DNA from: Protoeuglena noctilucae
Lineage: Eukaryota
Length of the DNA: 64,000 nucleotides
Direction: 5' to 3'
Assembly: GCA_958009085.1 (NCBI GenBank)
Contig: OY253680.1
Span: 186,001-250,000, forward strand
The position numbers and the translations under genes were made by a program. Each line of letters starts with the position of its first letter. The first letter of the stretch is position 1. The notes under the pieces were generated by a model, which saw only the letters and a list, made by a program, of their open reading frames with translations, was not told the origin of the DNA and made no database searches. Shown in pieces: positions 50,183-61,693 of this stretch.

Positions 50183-53100
50183 TTAGGGTTCTTTGCCGTG
50201 GTTCCCTTTGGGCCCCATAGGTGCGTGAGGGGGGCCATCCATACTGTGCACGGCCAGACGCCCCACTGACCCCCCCGCAACCGGCCCAGCCTCATTCCCC
50301 GCCGCCCCCTCCGTCATCCGGTGCGGGGCAACCCCGCGGTCTGTCGTCCGCTCCGTGGTGCGCCCCCGCGACCCCACCTCCGTCACACGCACGGTCGTGC
50401 GCTCCGTCATGCGCCCGGCCCTGGGACCCAGGGCAAAGGCCCGCTGCGACCCGGGCTTCGTGCGGAGCGACCCGGACGCCAGGATGCCCCCGCTCTCCTG
50501 CGTCCGCATCGGCCGGACGATGTCCGGGGCCTCGATGTCCGTCGGCGCCAGGACCACACCCGCACTCGACTGCGGCACGGGGCCGACCTCCCGGGACCCG
50601 CCGCTCCGCTGGGGCGCGGACCGGGCCATGAGGAGCTTGCCGACCGTCTGGCTGGAGTTGGCGCCTTGTAAGGGCATCACGAACATGTCCTCGTTCTGGT
50701 TGGCCTTGTTATACACTGACTGGCGAACGCAGATGGCCTGGATGTCGGACCCTAGTGCCCCGTGCAGCGCGCCGCTCATCCCGAGCGCCCCTGCGGACGG
50801 ACGGCGGAGCGGCGGCTTGAGACGCAACGCGGGCGCGGCGCTGGAGCTGGAAACAATAACGAGTTCTGGCTGCTGTGGCTGGCCACGCCATCGCAACCCT
50901 GACAACCTCTTCGCATTGCACACTGTCGCGGAAAGTCACCTGTCGACACGGCTGGTAGCAGCGAGAGGGCCGTCTGCACGGGTCCCAGGAAGCGCAGCAG
51001 TGGCCGCCTTGCGCCCGCCACCGTGACGAGCGCGTCGCCCGCCGCAGCCGCCAGCTTGCACCGGAAGATGCCCGCCTGACACAGGGCCGACACGTGCGAA
51101 CTGGCGCGCGCCAGCTCCTGGAGGGAGAAGTGGAGTGCCTCGGCCAGGACCTGGGGAGGTGAAGCGATGTTTCGAATCAGATGGCGAAAGTGAGACTATA
51201 AACGCCCATGCTTGTGACGGAGGGCCAGCCACCAACGCGCCCGTGTGAGTGATGCGCCTTGCATCACACCACCCGTGCATCTCTCCACGCCATCCGCACG
51301 CAGAGCGCCAAAGAGAGGACCGTCGCCGGCCCCTTCACTCACCAGGCCCCGCTCCTCAGGCCGATCCATCGTCTCGTCGATGTTGAGGACCCCCAGCACC
51401 AATGCGGGCGTGCCCGTCTCGAGCCTCAGCGCGCCCGCCGCATCCATGATCCGGTCCACCACGCCGTCGATCTCGCGAATGGCCTCCAGGCAGTCGATGG
51501 CCTTGTGCCGGACCAGCAGGGCCGTGACCTGGGGTAGCAGGGGTGGGTGTGGGGGGGGGTGTGGGTGGGAGAGGTGTGGAAGGGGCGTGTGCGAGGGAGA
51601 GGTGGGTGGGAGAGGAGTGTTGTGGGGCACGCCAGACAGCAAACGGCCGTTGCACAGATGGAGTTGGCGTGCAGTGCAATCCGCCTGCCTTTCCCATCCC
51701 AACACCGCCACTCGCCTGGGGCATGTGGAGAGCAACAGCCAGTCACATGCTTATAACCATCATACGCCAATTGCAAAACTGCCACTCGCCTGGGGCATGT
51801 CGAGGGCGATGGTCGTGAGGCCGTGGACGGCGCGGGCGTACTGGGGCCGGGACGCGTCTGTCGGCATGCCAGAGTCCCCAGACATGCCGCCCTCGTCGGT
51901 CTGCGCCAGAGCCCCGAACGTCGCCGGAGTGCCTTTGTCCTCACGACCCCGCGCCTCCCGGCCCCGCGCGTCCCTGCCCCGTGCCACCCGCTTCCTCTCC
52001 CGGTCCTCCACCTGCTGCAGCGTCACGCCTGGGAGACGAGGAAAGCAAAAGAGCGGTTTCGCAAGGCGGATGGGACTCAGTCGGGGGAGACAAGCTGACT
52101 GCCCATCTGCCGACACACCGCACATCTGAACCCAGTCAGCCAGGCCCCGCCTGGCTGTGCATGGGCCACACACGCATGCGCATGCCATGCAGTGCTTGTG
52201 CCCTCACCTTGCAGGACCTGCTTGGCCGCGTCCAACGGCAGGATCTGCCCCAGCAGCATGTCGCGGGAGTAGCGCGTGATGCCGCTGACGTGCCTCATGG
52301 CCGCAAACTCCACGGCCGCGCACACGGACCCGACCACCAGGAAGAACTGCCGCGAGAACACGGCTCTGTCGATGTCCGGAACAAGGCCGATCGGGGCGCC
52401 CAGCAGCAGGTAGCACCCGAACCCAAACGTGAGGAGGTTGAAGAGCCATGAGAATAGGACCATGGTGGCGCCACGGTACATGCTGTCCTGGTCCTCCGAG
52501 AAACTCTTGGCGCGACGCATGACGACCGAGATGGGCCCGCCGTGGAGGAGGTGGGAGAAGACAAAATAGGAGACGGGGGCCACCAGGCCGAGGAGGACGG
52601 CGCCGGCGCGGTCGGCGGGGGTGGGCATGGAGAAGGACTGCGGGGGTGGGGAGGGGTGTGCGGGGGTGGGGACGTGTGTGCGGGGGTTGGGGAGGGTGTA
52701 TGCGGGGATGGGGAGGTGTGGGGAATGCATGGGCTGGTGCGGGGGCGAGCCACTGCACTCAGCTTCGTTTCCTGGCGCCGGCATTTCTGCCAGTAGTATG
52801 CATGTCAGACGCACCGGTGGCACGACGTCTCGGTAGTGCGTGACCCGCACGAGGAAGAGCTCGCCCACGATGAAATAGACGACGCCCGGGAACACGGCAG
52901 CGGCGGCCTCGAACCATGCGGGAATGTTGACGCCCGCGTTGGCGTAGAGGGCGGCGACGGCGGCGAACACCCCAGAGAAGAAGGCGCGGTAGGTGAGGAA
53001 TTGGGAAGAGGAGAGGTTGCCGCCGTGGACGCTCATGCCGCCCACGAGGTAGCCGACGTGGTGGAGGGAGAGGACGGCCTGGGACGCGAGCTGCGGGGGC

Positions 53101-54904
53101 GAGGGAGCCAAATAGGCTTTGACGACATGCTGGCTCCAGGACTGTAACACTGGTCTTGGCGTGAGAGCACGAGACGACATGCCGATGACCAAGAAGCGGG
53201 TTGGGCATTGGGGAACTGGGAGTATTAGACAAGCGCGGTGGGGTGCGGCGTGCATAGTCATACGGGGATAGAGACCGGAGCATATCCCAGCATGCCCAGC
53301 AGAAGGGAATTACCATGGCGTAAGGCTGGATGCGGATGGCCAGGGGGAGCGTGGCGGGCAGGAGGGAGAGGACGAGGCTGTTGAGATTGATGAGGGCATA
53401 GACGATGAACCATGTGACCATATAGACACCTCCCCCGGTGCTGCAGGACCGGTCAGGGGGCTCCGTGTGCAGCAGGGAGCACGGCTGGAAGATGAGCGTC
53501 TGCGACCCGATGCCGATGACCTCGAACACCACCCTGCGGCGAACAAGGCGACGGGGTGCATTTGTAGGAAGCGAGTCTTCCTGAGCGAGACGAGCCAGGT
53601 GCGTGGTCGGAAAGGCCGTGCGGTCCGCGTCGGTGGAGCGCCGACTGCAGAGGGTCAGAGGCGGGAGCAGGGAGGACCTCACTTGACAAGCATCGCAAGA
53701 CTGAGGCGCAGGCGGGTGTTGAGGCGCAAGTCCCATCCTCGGAGCATCATGTCGACGACCGTGCGGCGGAAGGCGTCCTGCACTCGCCCGAGCGGAGACC
53801 GGCGCGGAAGGACCGGCTCCACAGCGCTCCCCATCTTCAACGCCACCGCTCTGCCCTGCAATCCACCGAGCCGGGACGGAGCAGGTGAGCATTCCGCGCG
53901 CCGCCCGGGCCTCTCGCGAATCTCGCAAATGCATCAAGAGCGCATCTCGCCTGTTTGTCGAGGTCCTCCTTGGGCGCAGATCCCACGGAACCCAGGGGAC
54001 GGTCCGGCTCGTTGTTCTGCAGGCCCGAGTACTTGGGCCGCGCTACGGCCGCAGCCGCGGGCATGATGGCGGGAACGGACACTTGGCTGTGCGGCGTAGG
54101 TGCGGGGACGGCGGATCCGTTCGCGGATTCGCGGAGAGGGGCGGAGGGAGCGGCAGATGCTGCATCGGCCGTCCGGAGCAAGGACTCCTCGCCCGGGAAG
54201 TGGCGGGGAGGTCCGCGCCGACGGGAGGCGCTGCGAGATCTCCGCGAGCGCCGCCCACGGCTCTGGCGCGGCTCGGAAACCCAGGGCCCCGTGGCATCCG
54301 TCTCAGGGAGAAGGCCAATGCGGACTGCGGAGGGGTTCACGCCGACGAGGGTGGAGGTAACGGAGAGAAACTGTGCGAGAGAACATGCAGACGAGCAGAC
54401 AAGGCCGGAATTCGCGCCTGCTCCGCCGCCAGCCCAGCCCGCACCTGCCGCCGAACGCCAGTACTCCGCGGCGACGCGAAAGTCCGTGACTTTCGGAGGC
54501 TCTAAATAACCAAGTCCCACTTGATGCAGGAACACGTCCGGAGCTGCAAGTCGGCGTGGGAGGGGGGAGCACGGTAGCACCTTGCGCTGCAAACGCCCCG
54601 GCCTTCCGGGGGCGACGCGCCGGCGCGGGGCCGTCGGAGTCGAGTACATCAGAAGAGAGGCAATACGCACGACGCTTGGGAAGGCCAGTGACACGCGCGC
54701 GCGAGGAGCACCAGCGGGAGAAGGGAATCGCGCTGCTCAGAGCGCGCACCGGGGGAGAGCGAAGAGCGAGGCGCTCACGCGCGGCACGATGTATGCCACG
54801 GCATCCTCACCGTCCGAGTCCAGCCCCGAAATCCACGCAGCGGGGGCTCCGAAGGGCGCCGGGCGTGCATCGTCCACCCCCGGCGGGAGGTCCTCCTCCT
54901 CCAT
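50183..54904 (-). CDS. Multi-TM protein with degenerate class III adenylate/guanylate cyclase domain
   Basis: After many TM segments: LLGQILPLDAAKQV (signalling helix), TTIALDMPQVT, GALRLETGTPALV and AGDALVTVAGARRPLLRFLGPVQTA, in cyclase motif order. Exons above about 54540 are tentative. Confidence 0.7.
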
Positions 54905-55406
54905 CGCGTCTGCCAGGACTAGGCCGGGTGGGAAGACACTGCGCCTACCAATTCATCGCTCCACGAGACGAGCGCGTGCGTAGGCGCGAAGCTCCTTGTT
55001 GCTGTTAAGCCAAGTCCCGCTTCTTTTCAGGCCTTCGGCGCGAGCTCTGTGATGTCAGCCGTGGAATTGCGTGGCGCGCTCTCTCAGCGGTCGAGGATCA
55101 GGCAATCTGGCAAGGTCTGACGCTCAGGCGATGGCGTTGCATTTGGCTGAGGCTTCCGCGCTCCTCGGTACGCCAGTTCGGAGAGACTCAGCAAGTTCCC
55201 TCTCGTTGTCTCAGCCGAGCGAGTCGTGAATCTTGGCGTCAGATTTTAGCACGCAGCATGCTCCCTTACTGGTTTTAATACTTCGACGACGAAGGTTGGC
55301 TTCGTCGTGACTGTCGGGCGCCAGTAGGCGGGGCGTGGAAGCGGCCGAGGCCGGGGCCTGGAAGAGGCAGGGGCTTTTGCAGGGGTGGGTCTTCAAACAA
55401 GCGCCC

Positions 55407-58386
55407 ATGGCGGCCATACCGCCCGGGACGGCCGCGCAGAGGGTCGACCTGACGCTGTATCCCCACGATGACATCAGACAGGTGGGTGTCGTCTCCGATG
55501 CACTGCCGCTGCGCAACCTCGCGCTGCGCGTTTCCCGCCACCCTGGCTTCATCATCTTCAACCGCCTGCGTGCGGTCCTCCGCCCGCAGGCGATGGTCGA
55601 GGCGGGCTTCAATCCCGTTCTTACTGTGGAAGCCCCGCGCCGCAAGCTGCTCCCCAAAATCCTCGCCTATTTGGAGGGCAAGTGGCGGCGCGCTGGGGAC
55701 CGCATCGCAGGCCCTGGTTCGGAGGTCGCGCTCCTGGTGAGAAAGTCCATTCTGCGCTTGTCAGCGTTCATATTCTCCGTCACTGCGTGCCTCAACGCAC
55801 TCTCCCTCCCTACCGCAGGTGCGGAACGCCTTCGCCCGTAATGCTTGGTTTGTCCTGGGGCCCAAGAGCTCCCCGCAGGCGCCCCGGAGCTCCATAGGGG
55901 AGCTTCTTGCCGTGATGCAGCACCGGGACGCCACGCAGCTGTGCTGCGTCTATGCCTGGGTGCAGCCGGGGGCCGCGGTGCCCATACCGGGTCAGCGCCA
56001 ACTGTCGACAGCTGTACCTACGGTGAGCCGGGTGCCGGGGGGCAGGGCAAGGTCAGCGGGGCCCGGGCGGTGCGTGAATGCGTTTTTCACGCCACGTTAC
56101 TTCGCCGTGCTTCATTCCGACGAGAAAGGGTCAGAGCACCTTCTGCTCGCAGGCACCGTACCCCTCTTACCCAGCCGCGGCGCTGGCCGCACCCTCCGCG
56201 CCCATCGCGTCCGCCTGGGGCACGCAAGTCTTTCCGACGGGGTACCCTGCCCCTGGCGGCGCCTCCTGGCTCCCCGGGACTGCCTCGGGTGCCACCATCG
56301 CGACGTCCCACCCCACGGCCTTGGCCACACCCTCACCCCTCCCCGCCCACGCGCCTCTGGGGCCCGGGTCATGGATTCAAGGCAACGCCAACGCCGCACC
56401 GGCGCAGTCGGCGGCGCGTCGGGGCCAGACGGGGCGCAGCCAGCCCGCAACAGCCTCGACAACACCGCAGCCGCAGCCGCGCGTCGGCCAGGCGCAGCCG
56501 CGGTCCCGGACAACCCCCGCGGATGCGCGGGCGACGAAGCGCGGCGGGCGAGGGGGCGAGAACAAGGGCGGCGGGCAAGCCGGTGCAGCACAGGCACAGG
56601 CACAGGGGCCGGCATCGGCAGTGGAAACGGACCCATGGCTGCGCGCGGCGGGTGTCTCTGCTCCTCCCGCGGCCGGCGAGGACTTCTTCTCTCTCGGCGG
56701 CGTGAGCCTGGGCTTCCTGCCGGGCCTCAGTCAAATGGGGTCATTGGATGGCGAGCCTGGGGAGCCTGGGCCGGACCAGGGCGGGGCTGGGCCCGCCTCA
56801 GAGGCCCGACCCGAGTCCCTGTTGGGGCATGAGGACTCATTCATGCGACAGCTGCACGCGTCGGCTATGATTCGGAGCCCTGACCGGGGCCCGACACCGA
56901 CCAAGGGAAGCGGTGGGGGTGCGAGGGCGGCGGATGGGGGACGCGGGGCGGGGACTGCGCCCGTGGACTTCCGGGCCGCTTTGCAAGGCATCGTGCCCAG
57001 CAAGGAGGCGCAAGATGAAGCTAAGGGGCAGGGGGCCGCGAGCGAGGCGGGGCCGAAGCAGCAAGGTGGCGCGGGCGTGGAAGATAAGGGCGAGAAGGCG
57101 AAGCAACCTGAGGAGAAGGGTGGCGCGCGGCGAGAGGGGATGCTGGGGGAGGTGAGGAGCAGGCGTGGCGGTTGCGCGCACACCACTCATTGACTGGTGT
57201 CGGATGGTCCAGGCGGCTTACTGATGCTGCCCTGCTTTGCTCCCGCCCCGGATGTGTGACAAGCGTTTCGACGTCCTCCCTGCACTTCGCTCTGCACGCA
57301 GGGAGAGTCCCTTTTGGGTAGCGGGGCCATGTCTCGGTTCGACCTCTCTCTGCGCGGCACCGGGCAGGGCGACGATTCGATGTGGCGCGGCGCGGGCGGC
57401 GAGGCCGCGCCTTTCTTGGGCCTGGAGGGGTCGCTCCTGGGGTCCGATCGGGTCGGGGGCTCCGCGACCCTCGACGCTTTCTACAGGGAGGCGATGAAGG
57501 TGGGCCTTGTGGGCAGAGATGCTGTGGCTGGGTGGGTGGCGGGGTGGTTGGTAGGTTGGTTGGAGGAAAGTCCACGGCAGGAGGTAGGAGACGTGATGGC
57601 ATGGGGTGCGGAACGTCTTTGCTTCTGCTCATGTGTTCTCGTCAAGTAATCACACGTTGCCCCCTGTGCCGCTCTCCCTGCAGGGCCCGGCAGAGAGCTC
57701 ACAGCAGGGGAGCGCACCTTTGCGTGCGTCGCATGCGGCTGGGAACGCTGACCAAAGGCGTGGGGTTGCGGGGGCCACAGGGGCCCCGGCCGGGCCCGGA
57801 AAGGGGCCAGCCAAGCGCGGCAAGCGCGCGAGAGGCCAGGAGGTGAGGGTTTGGATGGTCAGTGGGTGTCGGTTGTGCTTTGGTCGCAGCAGCTGCAGTC
57901 CAAATTGGTCACTTGCAAAGCGTGCACAGCATGTCGGGATCAGATGTCCGATCTCATCTCAAGGCCTGCGTGCTCCTGGCATTCTGACTCTGTCCACTCG
58001 GCTCTCGGCTCCCGCAGGTGGCCGTCCCTTCGGCCGGGCTGTCGCCGCTACCCGGCAGCGCGATGAACGCGGCAGCAGGCACGCCACCACGCAGCCCACG
58101 GCCGCAGCCTCCAAATGCGGCGTGGGCGGACGGCTGGGGCGGTTCTCCGGGCAATGACGCGCGGCAGCCCGGCGGCGCGACGGCGAGGGAGCAGATGCTG
58201 GCGGCGCAACGCCAGATGAAACGTTTGGCCACCGAGAACCTCATGAGGCTGCATGCGAGGATGGCGGGAGGCGAGAGCGTTCCGGGGAGGCAGAGCCAGG
58301 GCTGGTCCGCGCCGCTGTCGGCTGGGGCACTCGGCTACGGCACTGTGAGCGTGGGTGTCCCACCCTACCTGGTCGCGCCACGGTGA
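55407..58386 (+). CDS. TSL-kinase-interacting protein 1 / CRAMP1-like domain protein with long low-complexity C terminus
   Basis: RVDLTLYPHDDIRQ|AMVEAGFNPVLTVEAPRRKLLPKILAYLEGKW resembles the TKI1 motif KIKLQLFPID...HNPYLELTL...KKISSVLEHLNRKW as I recall it. Confidence 0.6.
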
Positions 58387-58677
58387 GGGCGATTTTAAGC
58401 CGCTTAGGCCGCTTTCGTATCTCTGCAAGGCTCATTGAAAGGGCGGACTGCGTGTTTGTGCCGGCACTGGAAAGGCAAGAGCGTAGCATTGAACGCACCC
58501 TTGGCAGGGTAGTGCTTGCGCGAAGGGACGCGGGCAGTGGGCATGCACGGGCGCACTGAAACGCCAAGCAGAGGCACGCCAAAGCAAGAAAAAGCAAGAA
58601 ACGAGTGCAGTGCGACGACGAGAGAGCCGACGCGCTTTTCAAACAACTGGGCATGCATGCAGGAAAGTGTGCGCCCT

Positions 58678-61145
58678 TCAGGCATCGCGGAGTACCGTAG
58701 TCGCCACCCTCTCCATCTCCGCCAACCGCGCGTCCACCTGGCCCCGCAACTCCTCCTCGTTCGGCTCTCCGTGGACCTCCGGGTCCATCTCAACGGGCTC
58801 TCCAGCGCCTGCGGGGGAATGACGAGGGATGAGGAGGCTGAGGTGAAGCGACAACGACGGTGCCCGTGTCGGCCATGGACGGGTGGGCGACGAGGGTGGT
58901 GACGGGAGATAGGAGGGCGCGGTGGGGTTGCATGGGGCATGAGATTCGGCGTAGTCATACCATCGTGTCATAGGTCGTGTCGCGTCTCATGGACAGACGT
59001 GCTGTGGTTAGACCCGACGCATGTCTCACCGCCCCGCGCCATGACGAAGCAGTCGCCTCCGAGGTTCGTGATGGTCTTGCTGCTCGCCGCGGATATGGCC
59101 TTTGCCTGGGCGCTCTCCATTCGCCGTGTGACGAGTGCACGCGCTGCGGAGCCTGCAGGTTGCGGGAAGGGCGAGGTTAGCACGGCGTTGCCAAAGCACG
59201 AAATGAGACGCGACAGAGAGCTTTTTGAATAGACATGGAACACGAAGCCGCGATGCCAGCAGCGGATCTGAGCACTGGCACCACCGCCCGGCTTCCCCAT
59301 GTAAAAGAGTCGGCAAATACTCACCTGCGTGTCCCATGCGCTTCTCCGCCAGAAGCACGAGGCTTTCCCACACGGTGACGGCCTGCCGCTGGCTGATCTT
59401 GAACTCATTCTGCAGCCTCTCAGCCACCCACGCCGGCTGCGGGTCGAGCATAGCAAAGGTCCACATCAGCTCCCACATGGGACACGTGATGGGCCAAGAG
59501 GTGCCACGCACTTCGCAAGACGCCACTCACCAGCAGCAGGAGCTGGGAAACGTGGGCGTTCACGCGACCCTCTCCGCCGCCGCTACCGCTGCCGCTGCAC
59601 TCCGCCAGGAACCGGGCCACGGCGTCCGACGCCGCCTCCACCGGCCACTCTGCCGCCACGCACCGCTCGACGTCTGCGCACGTGGTGATGTCATGTGATG
59701 TCATACCATGATGCACAGGCGTGAGCAAATGTACTACACACGGCAGGTCGCACGCTAGGCACTTTGGCCACGCATGTGCAGACGCCACCATCGCAAGCGC
59801 CCTTGTCATCACGCAGCAACGCACCTGCCACGTCACGCATGCGGGTGACGATGGGCGTGGGGTCTTCCAGCGTAAAGTCCACCACGCCTGCGTCCGACAG
59901 CGCCATCTCCTGTGCCGCACGCAACAGCTGCCGGCCCACGCCACGCCCCCGGCAGGGGGGCAGCACGAAGAGCTGCGAGAGCTTCAGGCGCGTCTTGTCG
60001 GGGTAATGGAAGTGGCGGTACAGGGCGGCGATGCCCGCGGGGACCCACTGGGGCTGGCCGCCCGCCGGCCGGTGCTGCACGCACGCAAACAGCACCTCCC
60101 AGCCCGGGTCGCTGCGCTGGATCTGAGTCAGGCCGTCGATGAAAAAGAACATGAGCTGCTCGAAGCGCTGGTGCAGGGCGCGCGCCGCCTCGCTCGATGG
60201 GCCCGCCAGGGACGCGTGCAACACACGCACGTCGGGTGCAGCCCCCGGAGCTTCCGGCACCTCCGCCCCGCAGTCCTCCAGGCGCCAGCCGTCCCTGCGA
60301 ACGACCCATGCGGCGAACATCACAAGCTGTCCCTACCCCAGGGCCTCTGGCGTCGGGCCTCTCATTTAAGTGAGCCCACGGGAGCCTCGCTGGCTGGCGC
60401 TGAGCACAGGGGTGTGGCGTAGCGTACGCCCACTCGCCTGGGGGGCCCACGGAGCTCCTCGGCGAAGCGGCGGGCGTCCTCCTCGCTCCCGATTCGCGCC
60501 GAGTGGGGGAAGCCTCCCTGTATGACCGCCTGGGCTGTGTGCCTGGGCCGTGCTGAGGACCCCTGGCTCCGGAACTCCACAGCGCTCGAGAGGTCGCTCC
60601 GCCGCACTGCGGGGACGGTGCCCATGCTTTAGTAAGGGAGCGCGGCGCTGAGGCCCTGCACAGGGCATGCCATATAGAGACGCTGCTCACCATAGCAGCG
60701 GAACTCGGGGTCCAAGTGTCCCGACAGCGTTTCCTCTTCACCAAGCAAGAACACGGTGTATTCTGCGGCGTACGCGTCTGTTGGACGCTGCGGGGAGCCC
60801 TCTTCTCCAGGCTCCGGCATGAGCGCCTCCCTCGCAGCGGCAAAATCCTCGGGCGCGTCGACGGTGAAGAATCCGATGCATCGCCTGCCTGCAATCATGT
60901 GCGGTTACGCAGGTCGCGCCAATGTGCCAATGAGCAGTCAAAGCAGCTCTGGGAAGGCGCGGCAGGGCGGAGCATTCAAGTTCGAGCAGTGCATACGCTT
61001 GTATCCGCTTTTCTGCCCCCTTTCCGCTCTCACCCTCCGTCTCGTATCTCGCCCGACTGTCCTTTGCTCGACTGTTATCCGGAGGCCCCGCATCTGCCCT
61101 GGCGCGCTTCGGGGCCGGCTCCCCAGGCTCTCCCAGGGGCTGCAT
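58678..61145 (-). CDS. HAT1: Histone acetyltransferase type B catalytic subunit-like
   Basis: AEYTVFLLGEEETLSG, LHQRFEQLMFFFIDG, RHFHYPDKTRLKLSQLFVLPPCRGRGVG and FTLEDP motifs. Confidence 0.88.
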
Positions 61146-61693
61146 CTTTGCCCGCCCCTCCCAGCGCGATCCGACGACCGCTCCGCTGACTTCTCACAGG
61201 GTTGCCGTAACTATGTCCACAACGTACACGTAAGGGGGTACATAACGAGAAATTTAAGCCTCCCAGTCTTCAAAGCTTGTGCAAAGCAAACGCTGTTCAA
61301 TATTTGCCCGCCACTGCCGTGCGAGGGCGCCAATCACACCGTCCGAAAGTCCATTCGATCGGCGAACAACGGGAGACATCTGCAGGCCCAGCGATTCGCC
61401 GCCACGCCGCTCGACTGGCGTCAGAAGCGTGCGCCCTCCCTCCGTCGCCGGGCGGGCTCTAGGGGCTGTCATCGCAGGCCATCCGCATCATCTTCGCATC
61501 TGTGATGTCCTCGCATCCTGTCACTCTGTGAGCTCCCCAGATTCCCAGCCAGGCCGCACCTCGATCCTCCTGCTGGCCGATTGGGCGCGCGGCACCTCCA
61601 GCGACTCATCTGCGTCTCATTATTTAACCGGCTGCTGGCGGGGAGGCGCGTCGCTGCGTCGGTGCGGTGCCCGGCGAGGCCCGGGGGGGAAAA

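Noticed and set aside
53955..54509. Separate + strand 184-aa gene
   Set aside because: The minus strand splices in frame (KEDLDKQ|GRAVALK) into the cyclase-like gene, so this is probably its antisense shadow.
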